Of a DNA stretch of 64,000 nt, positions 27,101 through 41,100 are shown in pieces. Under the pieces are notes generated by a model. It made no database searches. It saw nothing but the letters and a program-made list of their open reading frames with translations, and was not told the DNA's origin. Within the stretch, counting starts at the first letter, position 1. Every line of letters begins with the position of its first letter. Where the stretch lies: NCBI GenBank assembly GCA_964057225.1, contig OZ059894.1:21328001-21392000 (forward strand). The letters run 5' to 3'. The position numbers were made by a program, and so were the translations under genes. This DNA comes from Auanema rhodensis. Its lineage: Eukaryota > Animalia > Nematoda.

Positions 27101-30100
27101 ACAGATCGACGCAGCTTAAAAATCCGCATCGAATGCACTATACTACATTGAGAAACGCTTGATACAAAAATTAGTTATGATTGTTTGAAAAATGATGCAT
27201 TAGTGTATGTTGAGTTTCCATGTACACTCAACATTGCTTCCAAAAACATTTTGACAAAAATTTTTTCGAAAAATTTCAAAATAATTTAGCAAAAAGTAGA
27301 TGTTTTTAGATTCCTTTTTTTAAAGCAAAGACGATGGACAATGTTATTCAACGAAAAAATTAATTCTTCAGGGTGAAAATCGAGGATATAAGTGTGAACT
27401 TATATCAGTTGATATCTCGGTGCATTTTTAAGCTAGCGCAAATCTGATAACACAGATCGACGCAGCTTAAAAATCCGCATCGAATGCACTATACTACATC
27501 GAGAAACGCTTGATACAAAAATTAGTTATGATCGTTTGAAAAATGATGCATTAGTGTATGTTGAGTTTCCATGTACACTCAACATTGCTTCCAAAAACAT
27601 TTTGACAAAAATTTTTTCGAAAAATTTCAAAATAATTTAGCAAAAAGTAGATGTTTTTAGATTCCTTTTTTCAAGGCAAAGACGATGGACAATGTTATTC
27701 AACGAAAAAATTAATTCTTCAGGGTGAAAATCGAGGATATAAGTGTGAACTTATATCAGTTGATATCTCGGTGCATTTTTAAGCTAGCGCAAATCTGATA
27801 ACACAGATCGACGCAGCTTAAAAATCCGCATCGAATGCACTATACTACATTGAGAAACGCTTGATACAAAAATTAGTTATGATTGTTTGAAAAATGATGC
27901 ATTAGTGTATGTTGAGTTTCCATGTACACTCAACATTGCTTCCAAAAACATTTTGACAAAAATTTTTTCGAAAAATTTCAAAATAATTTAGCAAAAAGTA
28001 GATGTTTTTAGATTCCTTTTTTTAAAGCAAAGACGATGGACAATGTTATTCAACGAAAAAATTAATTCTTCAGGGTGAAAATCGAGGATATAAGTGTGAA
28101 CTTATATCAGTTGATATCTCGGTGCATTTTTAAGCTAGCGCAAATCTGATAACACAGATCGACGCAGCTTAAAAATCCGCATCGAATGCACTATACTACA
28201 TTGAGAAACGCTTAATACAAAAATTAGTTATGATCGTTTGAAAAATGATGCATTAGTGTATGTTGAGTTTCCATGTACACTCAACATTGCTTCCAAAAAC
28301 ATTTTGACAAAAATTTTTTCGAAAAATTTCAAAATAATTTAGCAAAAAGTAGATGTTTTTAGATTCCTTTTTTCAAGGCAAAGACGATGGACAATGTTAT
28401 TCAACGAAAAAATTAATTCTTCAGGGTGAAAATCGAGGATATAAGTGTGAACTTATATCAGTTGATATCTCGGTGCATTTTTAAGCTAGCGCAAATCTGA
28501 TAACACAGATCGACGCAGCTTAAAAATCCGCATCGAATGCACTATACTACATTGAGAAACGCTTGATACAAAAATTAGTTATGATTGTTTGAAAAATGAT
28601 GCATTAGTGTATGTTGAGTTTCCATGTACACTCAACATTGCTTCCAAAAACATTTTGACAAAAATTTTTTCGAAAAATTTCAAAATAATTTAGCAAAAAG
28701 TAGATGTTTTTAGATTCCTTTTTTTAAAGCAAAGACGATGGACAATGTTATTCAACGAAAAAATTAATTCTTCAGGGTGAAAATCGAGGATATAAGTGTG
28801 AACTTATATCAGTTGATATCTCGGTGCATTTTTAAGCTAGCGCAAATCTGATAACACAGATCGACGCAGCTTAAAAATCCGCATCGAATGCACTATACTA
28901 CATTGAGAAACGCTTAATACAAAAATTAGTTATGATCGTTTGAAAAATGATGCATTAGTGTATGTTGAGTTTCCATGTACACTCAACATTGCTTCCAAAA
29001 ACATTTTGACAAAAATTTTTTCGAAAAATTTCAAAATAATTTAGCAAAAAGTAGATGTTTTTAGATTCCATTTTTCAAGGCAAAGACGATGGACAATGTT
29101 ATTCTACGAAAAAATTAATTCTTCAGGGTGAAAATTGAGGATATAAGTGTGAACTTATATCAGTTGATATCTCGGTGCATTTTTAAGCTAGCGCAAATCT
29201 GATAACACAGATCGACGCAGCTTAAAAATCCGCATCGAATGCACTATACTACATTGAGAAACGCTTAATACAAAAATTAGTTATAATCGTTTGAAAAATG
29301 ATGCATTAGTGTATGTTGAGTTTCCATGTACACTCAACATTGCTTCCAAAAACATTTTGACAAAAATTTTTTCGAAAAATTTCAAAATAATTTAGCAAAA
29401 AGTAGATGTTTTTAGATTCCTTTTTTTAAAGCAAAGACGATGGACAATGTTATTCAACGAAAAAATTAATTCTTCAGGGTGAAAATCGAGGATATAAGTG
29501 TGAACTTATATCAGTTGATATCTCGGTGCATTTTTAAGCTAGCGCAAATCTGATAACACAGATCGACGCAGCTTAAAAATCCGCATCGAATGCACTATAC
29601 TACATTGAGAAACGCTTGATACAAAAATTAGTTATGATTGTTTGAAAAATGATGCATTAGTGTATGTTGAGTTTCCATGTACACTCAACATTGCTTCCAA
29701 AAACATTTTGACAAAAATTTTTTCGAAAAATTTCAAAATAATTTAGCAAAAAGTAGATGTTTTTAGATTCCTTTTTTTAAAGCAAAGACGATGGACAATG
29801 TTATTCAACGAAAAAATTAATTCTTCAGGGTGAAAATCGAGGATATAAGTGTGAACTTATATCAGTTGATATCTCGGTGCATTTTTAAGCTAGCGCAAAT
29901 CTGATAACACAGATCGACGCAGCTTAAAAATCCGCATCGAATGCACTATACTACATCGAGAAACGCTTGATACAAAAATTAGTTATGATCGTTTGAAAAA
30001 TGATGCATTAGTGTATGTTGAGTTTCCATGTACACTCAACATTGCTTCCAAAAACATTTTGACAAAAATTTTTTCGAAAAATTTCAAAATAATTTAGCAA

Positions 30101-31590
30101 AAAGTAGATGTTTTTAGATTCCTTTTTTCAAGGCAAAGACGATGGACAATGTTATTCAACGAAAAAATTAATTCTTCAGGGTGAAAATCGAGGATATAAG
30201 TGTGAACTTATATCAGTTGATATCTCGGTGCATTTTTAAGCTAGCGCAAATCTGATAACACAGATCGACGCAGCTTAAAAATCCGCATCGAATGCACTAT
30301 ACTACATTGAGAAACGCTTGATACAAAAATTAGTTATGATTGTTTGAAAAATGATGCATTAGTGTATGTTGAGTTTCCATGTACACTCAACATTGCTTCC
30401 AAAAACATTTTGACAAAAATTTTTTCGAAAAATTTCAAAATAATTTAGCAAAAAGTAGATGTTTTTAGATTCCTTTTTTTAAAGCAAAGACGATGGACAA
30501 TGTTATTCAACGAAAAAATTAATTCTTCAGGGTGAAAATCGAGGATATAAGTGTGAACTTATATCAGTTGATATCTCGGTGCATTTTTAAGCTAGCGCAA
30601 ATCTGATAACACAGATCGACGCAGCTTAAAAATCCGCATCGAATGCACTATACTACATTGAGAAACGCTTAATACAAAAATTAGTTATGATCGTTTGAAA
30701 AATGATGCATTAGTGTATGTTGAGTTTCCATGTACACTCAACATTGCTTCCAAAAACATTTTGACAAAAATTTTTTCGAAAAATTTCAAAATAATTTAGC
30801 AAAAAGTAGATGTTTTTAGATTCCTTTTTTCAAGGCAAAGACGATGGACAATGTTATTCAACGAAAAAATTAATTCTTCAGGGTGAAAATCGAGGATATA
30901 AGTGTGAACTTATATCAGTTGATATCTCGGTGCATTTTTAAGCTAGCGCAAATCTGATAACACAGATCGACGCAGCTTAAAAATCCGCATCGAATGCACT
31001 ATACTACATTGAGAAACGCTTGATACAAAAATTAGTTATGATTGTTTGAAAAATGATGCATTAGTGTATGTTGAGTTTCCATGTACACTCAACATTGCTT
31101 CCAAAAACATTTTGACAAAAATTTTTTCGAAAAATTTCAAAATAATTTAGCAAAAAGTAGATGTTTTTAGATTCCTTTTTTTAAAGCAAAGACGATGGAC
31201 AATGTTATTCAACGAAAAAATTAATTCTTCAGGGTGAAAATCGAGGATATAAGTGTGAACTTATATCAGTTGATATCTCGGTGCATTTTTAAGCTAGCGC
31301 AAATCTGATAACACAGATCGACGCAGCTTAAAAATCCGCATCGAATGCACTATACTACATTGAGAAACGCTTAATACAAAAATTAGTTATGATCGTTTGA
31401 AAAATGATGCATTAGTGTATGTTGAGTTTCCATGTACACTCAACATTGCTTCCAAAAACATTTTGACAAAAATTTTTTCGAAAAATTTCAAAATAATTTA
31501 GCAAAAAGTAGATGTTTTTAGATTCCATTTTTCAAGGCAAAGACGATGGACAATGTTATTCTACGAAAAAATTAATTCTTCAGGGTGAAA
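9127..31590. repeat. Array sub-domain B (monomers 27-90)
   Basis: TTTAAAGC/TTTAAATC alleles (G297A, G298T) run from 9421 to ~31185. No G24 copy seen. All monomers exactly 351 bp. Confidence 0.7.
22816..29133. repeat. ~10-monomer (3510-bp) duplication
   Basis: Private TGTTACTCAA at 23481 and 26991. Flanking monomer haplotypes match in order. Boundaries approximate. Confidence 0.8.
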
Positions 31591-31800
31591 ATTGAGGATA
31601 TAAGTGTGAACTTATATCAGTTGATATCTCGGTGCATTTTTAAGCTAGCGCAAATCTGATAACACAGATCGACGCAGCTTAAAAATCCGCATCGAATGCA
31701 CTATACTACATTGAGAAACGCTTAATACAAAAATTAGTTATAATCGTTTGAAAAATGATGCATTAGTGTATGTTGAGTTTCCATGTACACTCAACATTGC
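27028..31800. repeat. 7-monomer (2457-bp) tandem duplication overlapping the 10-mer
   Basis: Private ATTCTACG + AAAATTGAGG + TTATAAT cluster at ~29101-29290 and again at ~31558-31745. Confidence 0.85.
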
Positions 31801-34800
31801 TTCCAAAAACATTTTGACAAACATTTTTTCGAAAAATTTCAAAATAATTTAGCAAAAAGTAGATGTTTTTAGATTCCTTTTTTCAAGGCGAAGACGATGG
31901 ACAATGTTATTCAACGAAAAAATTGATTCTTCAGGGTGAAAATCGAAGATATAAATGTGAACTTGTATCAGTTGATATCTCGGTGCATTTTTAAGCTAGC
32001 GCGATTCTGATAACACAGATCGACGCAGCTTAAAAATCCGCATCGAATGCACTATACTTTATTGAGAAAAGCTTAATACAAAAATTAGTTATGATCGTTT
32101 GAAAAATGATGCATTAGTGTATGTTGAGTTTCCATGTACACTCAACATTGCTTCCAAAAAAATTTTGACAAAACTTTTTTCGAAAAATTTCAAAATAATT
32201 TAGCAAAAAGTAGATGTTTTTAGATTCCTTTTTTCAAGGCAAAGACGATGGACAATGTTATTCAACGAAAAAATTAATTCTTCAGGGTGAAAATCGAGGA
32301 TATAAGTGTGAACTTGTATCAGTTGATATCTCGGTGCATTTTTAAGCTAGCGCAAATCTGATAACACAGATCGACGCAGCTTAAAAATCCGCATCGAATG
32401 CACTATACTACATTGAGAAACGCTTAATACAAAAATTAGTTATAATCGTTTGAAAAATGATGCATTAGTGTATGTTGAGTTTCCATGTACACTCAACATT
32501 GCTTCCAAAAACATTTTGACAAACATTTTTTCGAAAAATTTCAAAATAATTTAGCAAAAAGTAGATGTTTTTAGATTCCTTTTTTCAAGGCAAAGACGAT
32601 GGACAATGTTATTCAACGAAAAAATTAATTCTTCAGGGTGAAAATCGAGGATATAAGTGTGAACTTATATCAGTTGATATCTCGGTGCATTTTTAAGCTA
32701 GCGCAAATCTGATAACACAGATCGACGCAGCTTAAAAATCCGCTTCGAATGCACTATACTACATTGAGAAACGCTTGATACAAAAATTAGTTATGATCGT
32801 TTGAAAAATGATGCATTAGTGTATGTTGAGTTTCCATGTACACTCAACATTGCTTCCAAAAACATTTTGACAAAAATTTTTTCGAAAAATTTCAAAATAA
32901 TTTAGCAAAAAGTAGATGTTTTTAGATTCCATTTTTCAAGGCAAAGACGATAGACAAAGTTATTCAACGAAAAAATTAATTCTTCAGGGTGAAAATCGAG
33001 GATATAAGTGTGAACTTATATCAGTTGATATCTCGGTGCATTTTTAAGCTAGCGCAAATCTGATAACACAGATCGACGCAGCTTAAAAATCCGCATCGAA
33101 TGCACTATACTACATTGAGAAACGCTTGATACAAAAATTAGTTATGATCGTTTGAAAAATGATGCATTAGTGTATGTTGAGTTTCCATGTACACTCAACA
33201 TTGCTTCCAAAAACATTTTGACAAAAATTTTTTCGAAAAATTTCAAAATAATTTAGCAAAAAGTAGATGTTTTTAGATTCCATTTTTCAAGGCAAAGACG
33301 ATGGACAATGTTATTCAACGAAAAAATTAATTCTTCAGGGTGAAAATCGGGGATATAAATGTGAACTTATATCAGTTGATATCTCGGTGCATTTTTAAGC
33401 TAGCGCAAATCTGATAACACAGATCGACGCAGCTTAAAAATCCGCATCGAATGCACTATACTACATTGAGAAACGCTTGATACAAAAATTAGTTATGATC
33501 GTTTGGAAAATGATGCATTAGTGTATGTTGAGTTTCCATGTACACTCAACATTGCTTCCAAAAACATTTTGACAAAAATTTTTTCGAAAAATTTCAAAAT
33601 AATTTAGCAAAAAGTAGATGTTTTTAGATTCCATTTTTCAAGGCAAGGACGATGGACAATGTTATTCAACGAAAAAAATAATTCTTCAGGGTGAAAATCG
33701 AGGATATAAGTGTGAACTTATATCAGTTGATATCTCGGTGCATTTTTAAGCTAGCGCAAATCTGATAACACAGATCGACGCAGCTTAAAAATCCGCATCG
33801 AATGCACTATACTACATTGAGAAACGCTTGATACAAAAATTAGTTATGATCGTTTGAAAAATGATGCATTAGTGTATGTTGAGTTTCCATGTACACTCAA
33901 CATTGCTTCCAAAAACATTTTGACAAAAATTTTTTCGAAAAATTTCAAAATAATTTAGCAAAAAGTAGATGTTTTTAGATTCCATTTTTCAAGGCAAGGA
34001 CGATGGACAATGTTATTCAACGAAAAAAATACTTCTTCAGGGTGAAAATCGAGGATATAAGTGTGAACTTATATCAGTTGATGTCTCGGTGCATTTTTAA
34101 GTTAGCGCAAATCTGATAACACAGATCGACGCAGCTTAAAAATCCGCATCGAATGCACTATACTACATTGAGAAACGCTTGATACAAAAATTAGTTATGA
34201 TCGTTTGAAAAATGATGCATTAGTGTATGTTGAGTTTCCATGTACACTCAACATTGCTTCCAAAAACATTTTGACAAAAATTTTTTCGAAAAATTTCAAA
34301 ATAATTTAGCAAAAAGTAGATGTTTTTAGATTCCATTTTTCAAGGCAAGGACGATGGACAATGTTATTCAACGAAAAAAATAATTCTTCAGGGTGAAAAT
34401 CGAGGATATAAGTGTGAACTTATATCAGTTGATGTCTCGGTGCATTTTTAAGTTAGCGCAAATCTGATAACACAGATCGACGCAGCTTAAAAATCCGCAT
34501 CGAATGCACTATACTACATTGAGAAACGCTTAATACAAAAATTAGTTATGATCGTTTGAAAAATGATGCATTAGTGTATGTTGAGTTTCCATGTACACTC
34601 AACATTGCTTCCAAAAACATTTTGACAAAAATTTTTTCGAAAAATTTCAAAATAATTTAGCAAAAAGTAGATGTTTTTAGATTCCATTTTTCAAGGCAAA
34701 GACGATGGACAATGTTATTCAACGAAAAAATTAATTCTTCAGGGTGAAAATCGGGGATATAAATGTGAACTTATATCAGTTGATATCTCGGTGCATTTTT

Positions 34801-35099
34801 AAGCTAGCGCGATTCTGATAACACAGATCGACGCAGCTTAAAAATCCGCATCGAATGCACTATACTACATTGAGAAACGCTTAATACAAAAATTAGTTAT
34901 GATCGTTTGAAAAATGATGCATTAGTGTATGTTGAGTTTCCATGTACACTCAACATTGCTTCCAAAAACATTTTGACAAAATTTTTTCGAAAAATTTCGA
35001 AATAATGTAGCAAAACGTAGATGTTTTTAGATTCCTTTTTTCAAGGCGAAGACGATGGACAATGTTATTCAACGAAAAAATTGATTCTTCAGGGTGAAA

Positions 35100-35751
35100 A
35101 TCGAGGATATAAGTGTGAACTTATATCAGTTGATATCTCGGTGCATTTTTAAGCTAGCGCAAATCTGATAACACAGATCGACGCAGCTTAAAAATCCGCA
35201 TCGAATGCACTATACTACATTGAGAAAAGCTTAATACAAAAATTAGTTATGATCGTTTGAAAAATGATGCATTAGTGTATGTTGAGTTTCCATGTACACT
35301 CAACATTGCTTCCAAAAAAATTTCAAAATAATTTAGCAAAAAGTAGATGTTTTTAGATTCCTTTTTTCAAGGCAAAGACGATGGACAATGTTATTCAACG
35401 AAAAAATTAATTCTTCAGGGTGAAAATCGAGGATATAAGTGTGAACTTGTATCAGTTGATATCTCGGTGCATTTTTAAGCTAGCGCAAATCTGATAACAC
35501 AGATCGACGCAGCTTAAAAATCCGCATCGAATGCACTATACTACATTGAGAAAAGCTTAATACAAAAATTAGTTATGATCGTTTGAAAAATGATGCATTA
35601 GTGTATGTTGAGTTTCCATGTACACTCAACATTGCTTCCAAAAAAATTTCAAAATAATTTAGCAAAAAGTAGATGTTTTTAGATTCCTTTTTTCAAGGCA
35701 AAGACGATGGACAATGTTATTCAACGAAAAAATTAATTCTTCAGGGTGAAA
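35100..35751. repeat. Two 326-bp deletion monomers
   Basis: Monomer starts at 35100, 35426, 35752. Junction reads TCCAAAAAAATTTCAAAAT (25 bp lost). Confidence 0.95.
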
Positions 35752-37154
35752 ATCGAGGATATAAGTGTGAACTTGTATCAGTTGATATCTCGGTGCATTT
35801 TTAAGCTAGCGCAAATCTGATAACACAGATCGACGCAGCTTAAAAATCCGCATCGAATGCACTATACTACATTGAGAAACGCTTGATACAAAAATTAGTT
35901 ATGATCGTTTGAAAAATGATGCATTAGTGTATGTTGAGTTTCCATGTACACTCAACATTGCTTCCAAAAACATTTTGACAAAAATTTTTTCGAAAAATTT
36001 CAAAATAATTTAGCAAAAAGTAGATGTTTTTAGATTCCATTTTTCAAGGCAAAGACGATGGACAATGTTATTCAACGAAAAAATTAATTCTTCAGGGTGA
36101 AAATCGGGGATATAAATGTGAACTTATATCAGTTGATATCTCGGTGCATTTTTAAGCTAGCGCAAATCTGATAACACAGATCGACGCAGCTTAAAAATCC
36201 GCATCGAATGCACTATACTACATTGAGAAACGCTTGATACAAAAATTAGTTATGATCGTTTGGAAAATGATGCATTAGTGTATGTTGAGTTTCCATGTAC
36301 ACTCAACATTGCTTCCAAAAACATTTTGACAAAAATTTTTTCGAAAAATTTCAAAATAATTTAGCAAAAAGTAGATGTTTTTAGATTCCATTTTTCAAGG
36401 CAAGGACGATGGACAATGTTATTCAACGAAAAAAATAATTCTTCAGGGTGAAAATCGAGGATATAAGTGTGAACTTATATCAGTTGATATCTCGGTGCAT
36501 TTTTAAGCTAGCGCAAATCTGATAACACAGATCGACGCAGCTTAAAAATCCGCATCGAATGCACTATACTACATTGAGAAACGCTTGATACAAAAATTAG
36601 TTATGATCGTTTGAAAAATGATGCATTAGTGTATGTTGAGTTTCCATGTACACTCAACATTGCTTCCAAAAACATTTTGACAAAAATTTTTTCGAAAAAT
36701 TTCAAAATAATTTAGCAAAAAGTAGATGTTTTTAGATTCCATTTTTCAAGGCAAGGACGATGGACAATGTTATTCAACGAAAAAAATAATTCTTCAGGGT
36801 GAAAATCGGGGATATAAATGTGAACTTATATCAGTTGATATCTCGGTGCATTTTTAAGCTAGCGCGATTCTGATAACACAGATCGACGCAGCTTAAAAAT
36901 CCGCATCGAATGCACTATACTACATTGAGAAACGCTTAATACAAAAATTAGTTATGATCGTTTGAAAAATGATGCATTAGTGTATGTTGAGTTTCCATGT
37001 ACACTCAACATTGCTTCCAAAAACATTTTGACAAAATTTTTTCGAAAAATTTCGAAATAATGTAGCAAAACGTAGATGTTTTTAGATTCCTTTTTTCAAG
37101 GCGAAGACGATGGACAATGTTATTCAACGAAAAAATTGATTCTTCAGGGTGAAA

Positions 37155-38132
37155 ATCGAGGATATAAGTGTGAACTTATATCAGTTGATATCTCGGTGCA
37201 TTTTTAAGCTAGCGCAAATCTGATAACACAGATCGACGCAGCTTAAAAATCCGCATCGAATGCACTATACTACATTGAGAAAAGCTTAATACAAAAATTA
37301 GTTATGATCGTTTGAAAAATGATGCATTAGTGTATGTTGAGTTTCCATGTACACTCAACATTGCTTCCAAAAAAATTTCAAAATAATTTAGCAAAAAGTA
37401 GATGTTTTTAGATTCCTTTTTTCAAGGCAAAGACGATGGACAATGTTATTCAACGAAAAAATTAATTCTTCAGGGTGAAAATCGAGGATATAAGTGTGAA
37501 CTTGTATCAGTTGATATCTCGGTGCATTTTTAAGCTAGCGCAAATCTGATAACACAGATCGACGCAGCTTAAAAATCCGCATCGAATGCACTATACTACA
37601 TTGAGAAAAGCTTAATACAAAAATTAGTTATGATCGTTTGAAAAATGATGCATTAGTGTATGTTGAGTTTCCATGTACACTCAACATTGCTTCCAAAAAA
37701 ATTTCAAAATAATTTAGCAAAAAGTAGATGTTTTTAGATTCCTTTTTTCAAGGCAAAGACGATGGACAATGTTATTCAACGAAAAAATTAATTCTTCAGG
37801 GTGAAAATCGAGGATATAAGTGTGAACTTGTATCAGTTGATATCTCGGTGCATTTTTAAGCTAGCGCAAATCTGATAACACAGATCGACGCAGCTTAAAA
37901 ATCCGCATCGAATGCACTATACTACATTGAGAAAAGCTTAATACAAAAATTAGTTATGATCGTTTGAAAAATGATGCATTAGTGTATGTTGAGTTTCCAT
38001 GTACACTCAACATTGATTCCAAAAAAATTTCAAAATAATTTAGCAAAAAGTAGATGTTTTTAGATTCCTTTTTTCAAGGCAAAGACGATGGACAATGTTA
38101 TTCAACGAAAAAATTAATTCTTCAGGGTGAAA
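37155..38132. repeat. Three 326-bp deletion monomers
   Basis: Monomer starts at 37155, 37481, 37807, 38133, with the same 25-bp deletion junction. Confidence 0.95.
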
Positions 38133-41100
38133 ATCGAGGATATAAGTGTGAACTTGTATCAGTTGATATCTCGGTGCATTTTTAAGCTAGCGCAAATCTG
38201 ATAACACAGATCGACGCAGCTTAAAAATCCGCATCGAATGCACTATACTACATTGAGAAACGCTTAATACAAAAATTAGTTATAATCGTTTGAAAAATGA
38301 TGCATTAGTGTATGTTGAGTTTCCATGTACACTCAACATTGCTTCCAAAAACATTTTGACAAACATTTTTTCGAAAAATTTCAAAATAATTTAGCGAAAA
38401 GTAGATGTTTTTAGATTCCTTTTTTCAAGGCAAAGACGATGGACAATGTTATTCAACGAAAAAATTAATTCTTCAGGGTGAAAATCGAGGATATAAGTGT
38501 GAACTTATATCAGTTGATATCTCGGTGCATTTTTAAGCTAGCGCAAATCTGATAACACAGATCGACGCAGCTTAAAAATCCGCTTCGAATGCACTATACT
38601 ACATTGAGAAACGCTTGATACAAAAATTAGTTATGATCGTTTGAAAAATGATGCATTAGTGTATGTTGAGTTTCCATGTACACTCAACATTGCTTCCAAA
38701 AACATTTTGACAAAAATTTTTTCGAAAAATTTCAAAATAATTTAGCAAAAAGTAGATGTTTTTAGATTCCATTTTTCAAGGCAAAGACGATAGACAAAGT
38801 TATTCAACGAAAAAATTAATTCTTCAGGGTGAAAATCGAGGATATAAGTGTGAACTTATATCAGTTGATATCTCGGTGCATTTTTAAGCTAGCGCAAATC
38901 TGATAACACAGATCGACGCAGCTTAAAAATCCGCATCGAATGCACTATACTACATTGAGAAACGCTTGATACAAAAATTAGTTATGATCGTTTGAAAAAT
39001 GATGCATTAGTGTATGTTGAGTTTCCATGTACACTCAACATTGCTTCCAAAAACATTTTGACAAAAATTTTTTCGAAAAATTTCAAAATAATTTAGCAAA
39101 AAGTAGATGTTTTTAGATTCCTTTTTTCAAGGCAAAGACGATGGACAATGTTATTCAACGAAAAAATTAATTCTTCAGGGTGAAAATCGAGGATATAAGT
39201 GTGAACTTGTATCAGTTGATATCTCGGTGCATTTTTAAGCTAGCGCAAATCTGATAACACAGATCGACGCAGCTTAAAAATCCGCATCGAATGCACTATA
39301 CTACATTGAGAAACGCTTAATACAAAAATTAGTTATGATCGTTTGAAAAATGATGCATTAGTGTATGTTGAGTTTCCATGTACACTCAACATTGCTTCCA
39401 AAAACATTTTGACAAAAATTTTTTCGAAAAATTTCAGAATAATTTAGCAAAAAGTAGATGTTTTTAGATTCCTTTTTTCAAGGCAAAGACGATGGACAAT
39501 GTTATTCAACGAAAAAATTAATTCTTCAGGGTGAAAATCGAGGATATAAGTGTGAACTTATATCAGTTGATGTCTCGGTGCATTTTTAAGTTAGCGCAAA
39601 TCTGATAACACAGATCGACGCAGCTTAAAAATCCGCATCGAATGCACTATACTACATTGAGAAACGCTTAATACAAAAATTAGTTATGATCGTTTGAAAA
39701 ATGATGCATTAGTGTATGTTGAGTTTCCATGTACACTCAACATTGCTTCCAAAAACATTTTGACAAAAATTTTTTCGAAAAATTTCAAAATAATTTAGCA
39801 AAAAGTAGATGTTTTTAGATTCCATTTTTCAAGGCAAAGACGATGGACAATGTTATTCAACGAAAAAATTAATTCTTCAGGGTGAAAATCGGGGATATAA
39901 ATGTGAACTTATATCAGTTGATATCTCGGTGCATTTTTAAGCTAGCGCGATTCTGATAACACAGATCGACGCAGCTTAAAAATCCGCATCGAATGCACTA
40001 TACTACATTGAGAAACGCTTAATACAAAAATTAGTTATGATCGTTTGAAAAATGATGCATTAGTGTATGTTGAGTTTCCATGTACACTCAACATTGCTTC
40101 CAAAAACATTTTGACAAAATTTTTTCGAAAAATTTCGAAATAATATAGCAAAACGTAGATGTTTTTAGATTCCTTTTTTCAAGGCGAAGACGATGGACAA
40201 TGTTATTCAACGAAAAAATTGATTCTTCAGGGTGAAAATCGAGGATATAAGTGTGAACTTGTATCAGTTGATATCTCGGTGCATTTTTAAGCTAGCGCAA
40301 ATCTGATAACACAGATCGACGCAGCTTAAAAATCCGCATCGAATGCACTATACTACATTGAGAAACGCTCAATACAAAAATTAGTTATGATCGTTTGAAA
40401 AATGATGCATTAGTGTATGTTGAGTTTCCATGTACACTCAACATTGCTTCCAAAAACATTTTGACAAAAATTTTTTCGAAAAATTTCAGAATAATTTAGC
40501 AAAAAGTAGATGTTTTTAGATTCCTTTTTTCAAGGCAAAGACGATGGACAATGTTATTCAACGAAAAAATTAATTCTTCAGGGTGAAAATCGAGGATATA
40601 AGTGTGAACTTATATCAGTTGATATCTCGGTGCATTTTTAAGCTAGCGCAAATCTGATAACACAGATCGACGCAGCTTAAAAATCCGCATCGAATGCACT
40701 ATACTACATTGAGAAACGCTTGATACAAAAATTAGTTATGATCGTTTGAAAAATGATGCATTAGTGTATGTTGAGTTTCCATGTACACTCAACATTGCTT
40801 CCAAAAACATTTTGACAAAAATTTTTTCGAAAAATTTCAGAATAATTTAGCAAAAAGTAGATGTTTTTAGATTCCTTTTTTCAAGGCAAAGACGATGGAC
40901 AATGTAATTCAACGAAAAAATTAATTCTTCAGGGTGAAAATCGAGGATATAAGTGTGAACTTATATCAGTTGATGTCTCGGTGCATTTTTAAGTTAGCGC
41001 AAATCTGATAACACAGATCGACGCAGCTTAAAAATCCGCATCGAATGCACTATACTACATTGAGAAACGCTTAATACAAAAATTAGTTATGATCGTTTGA

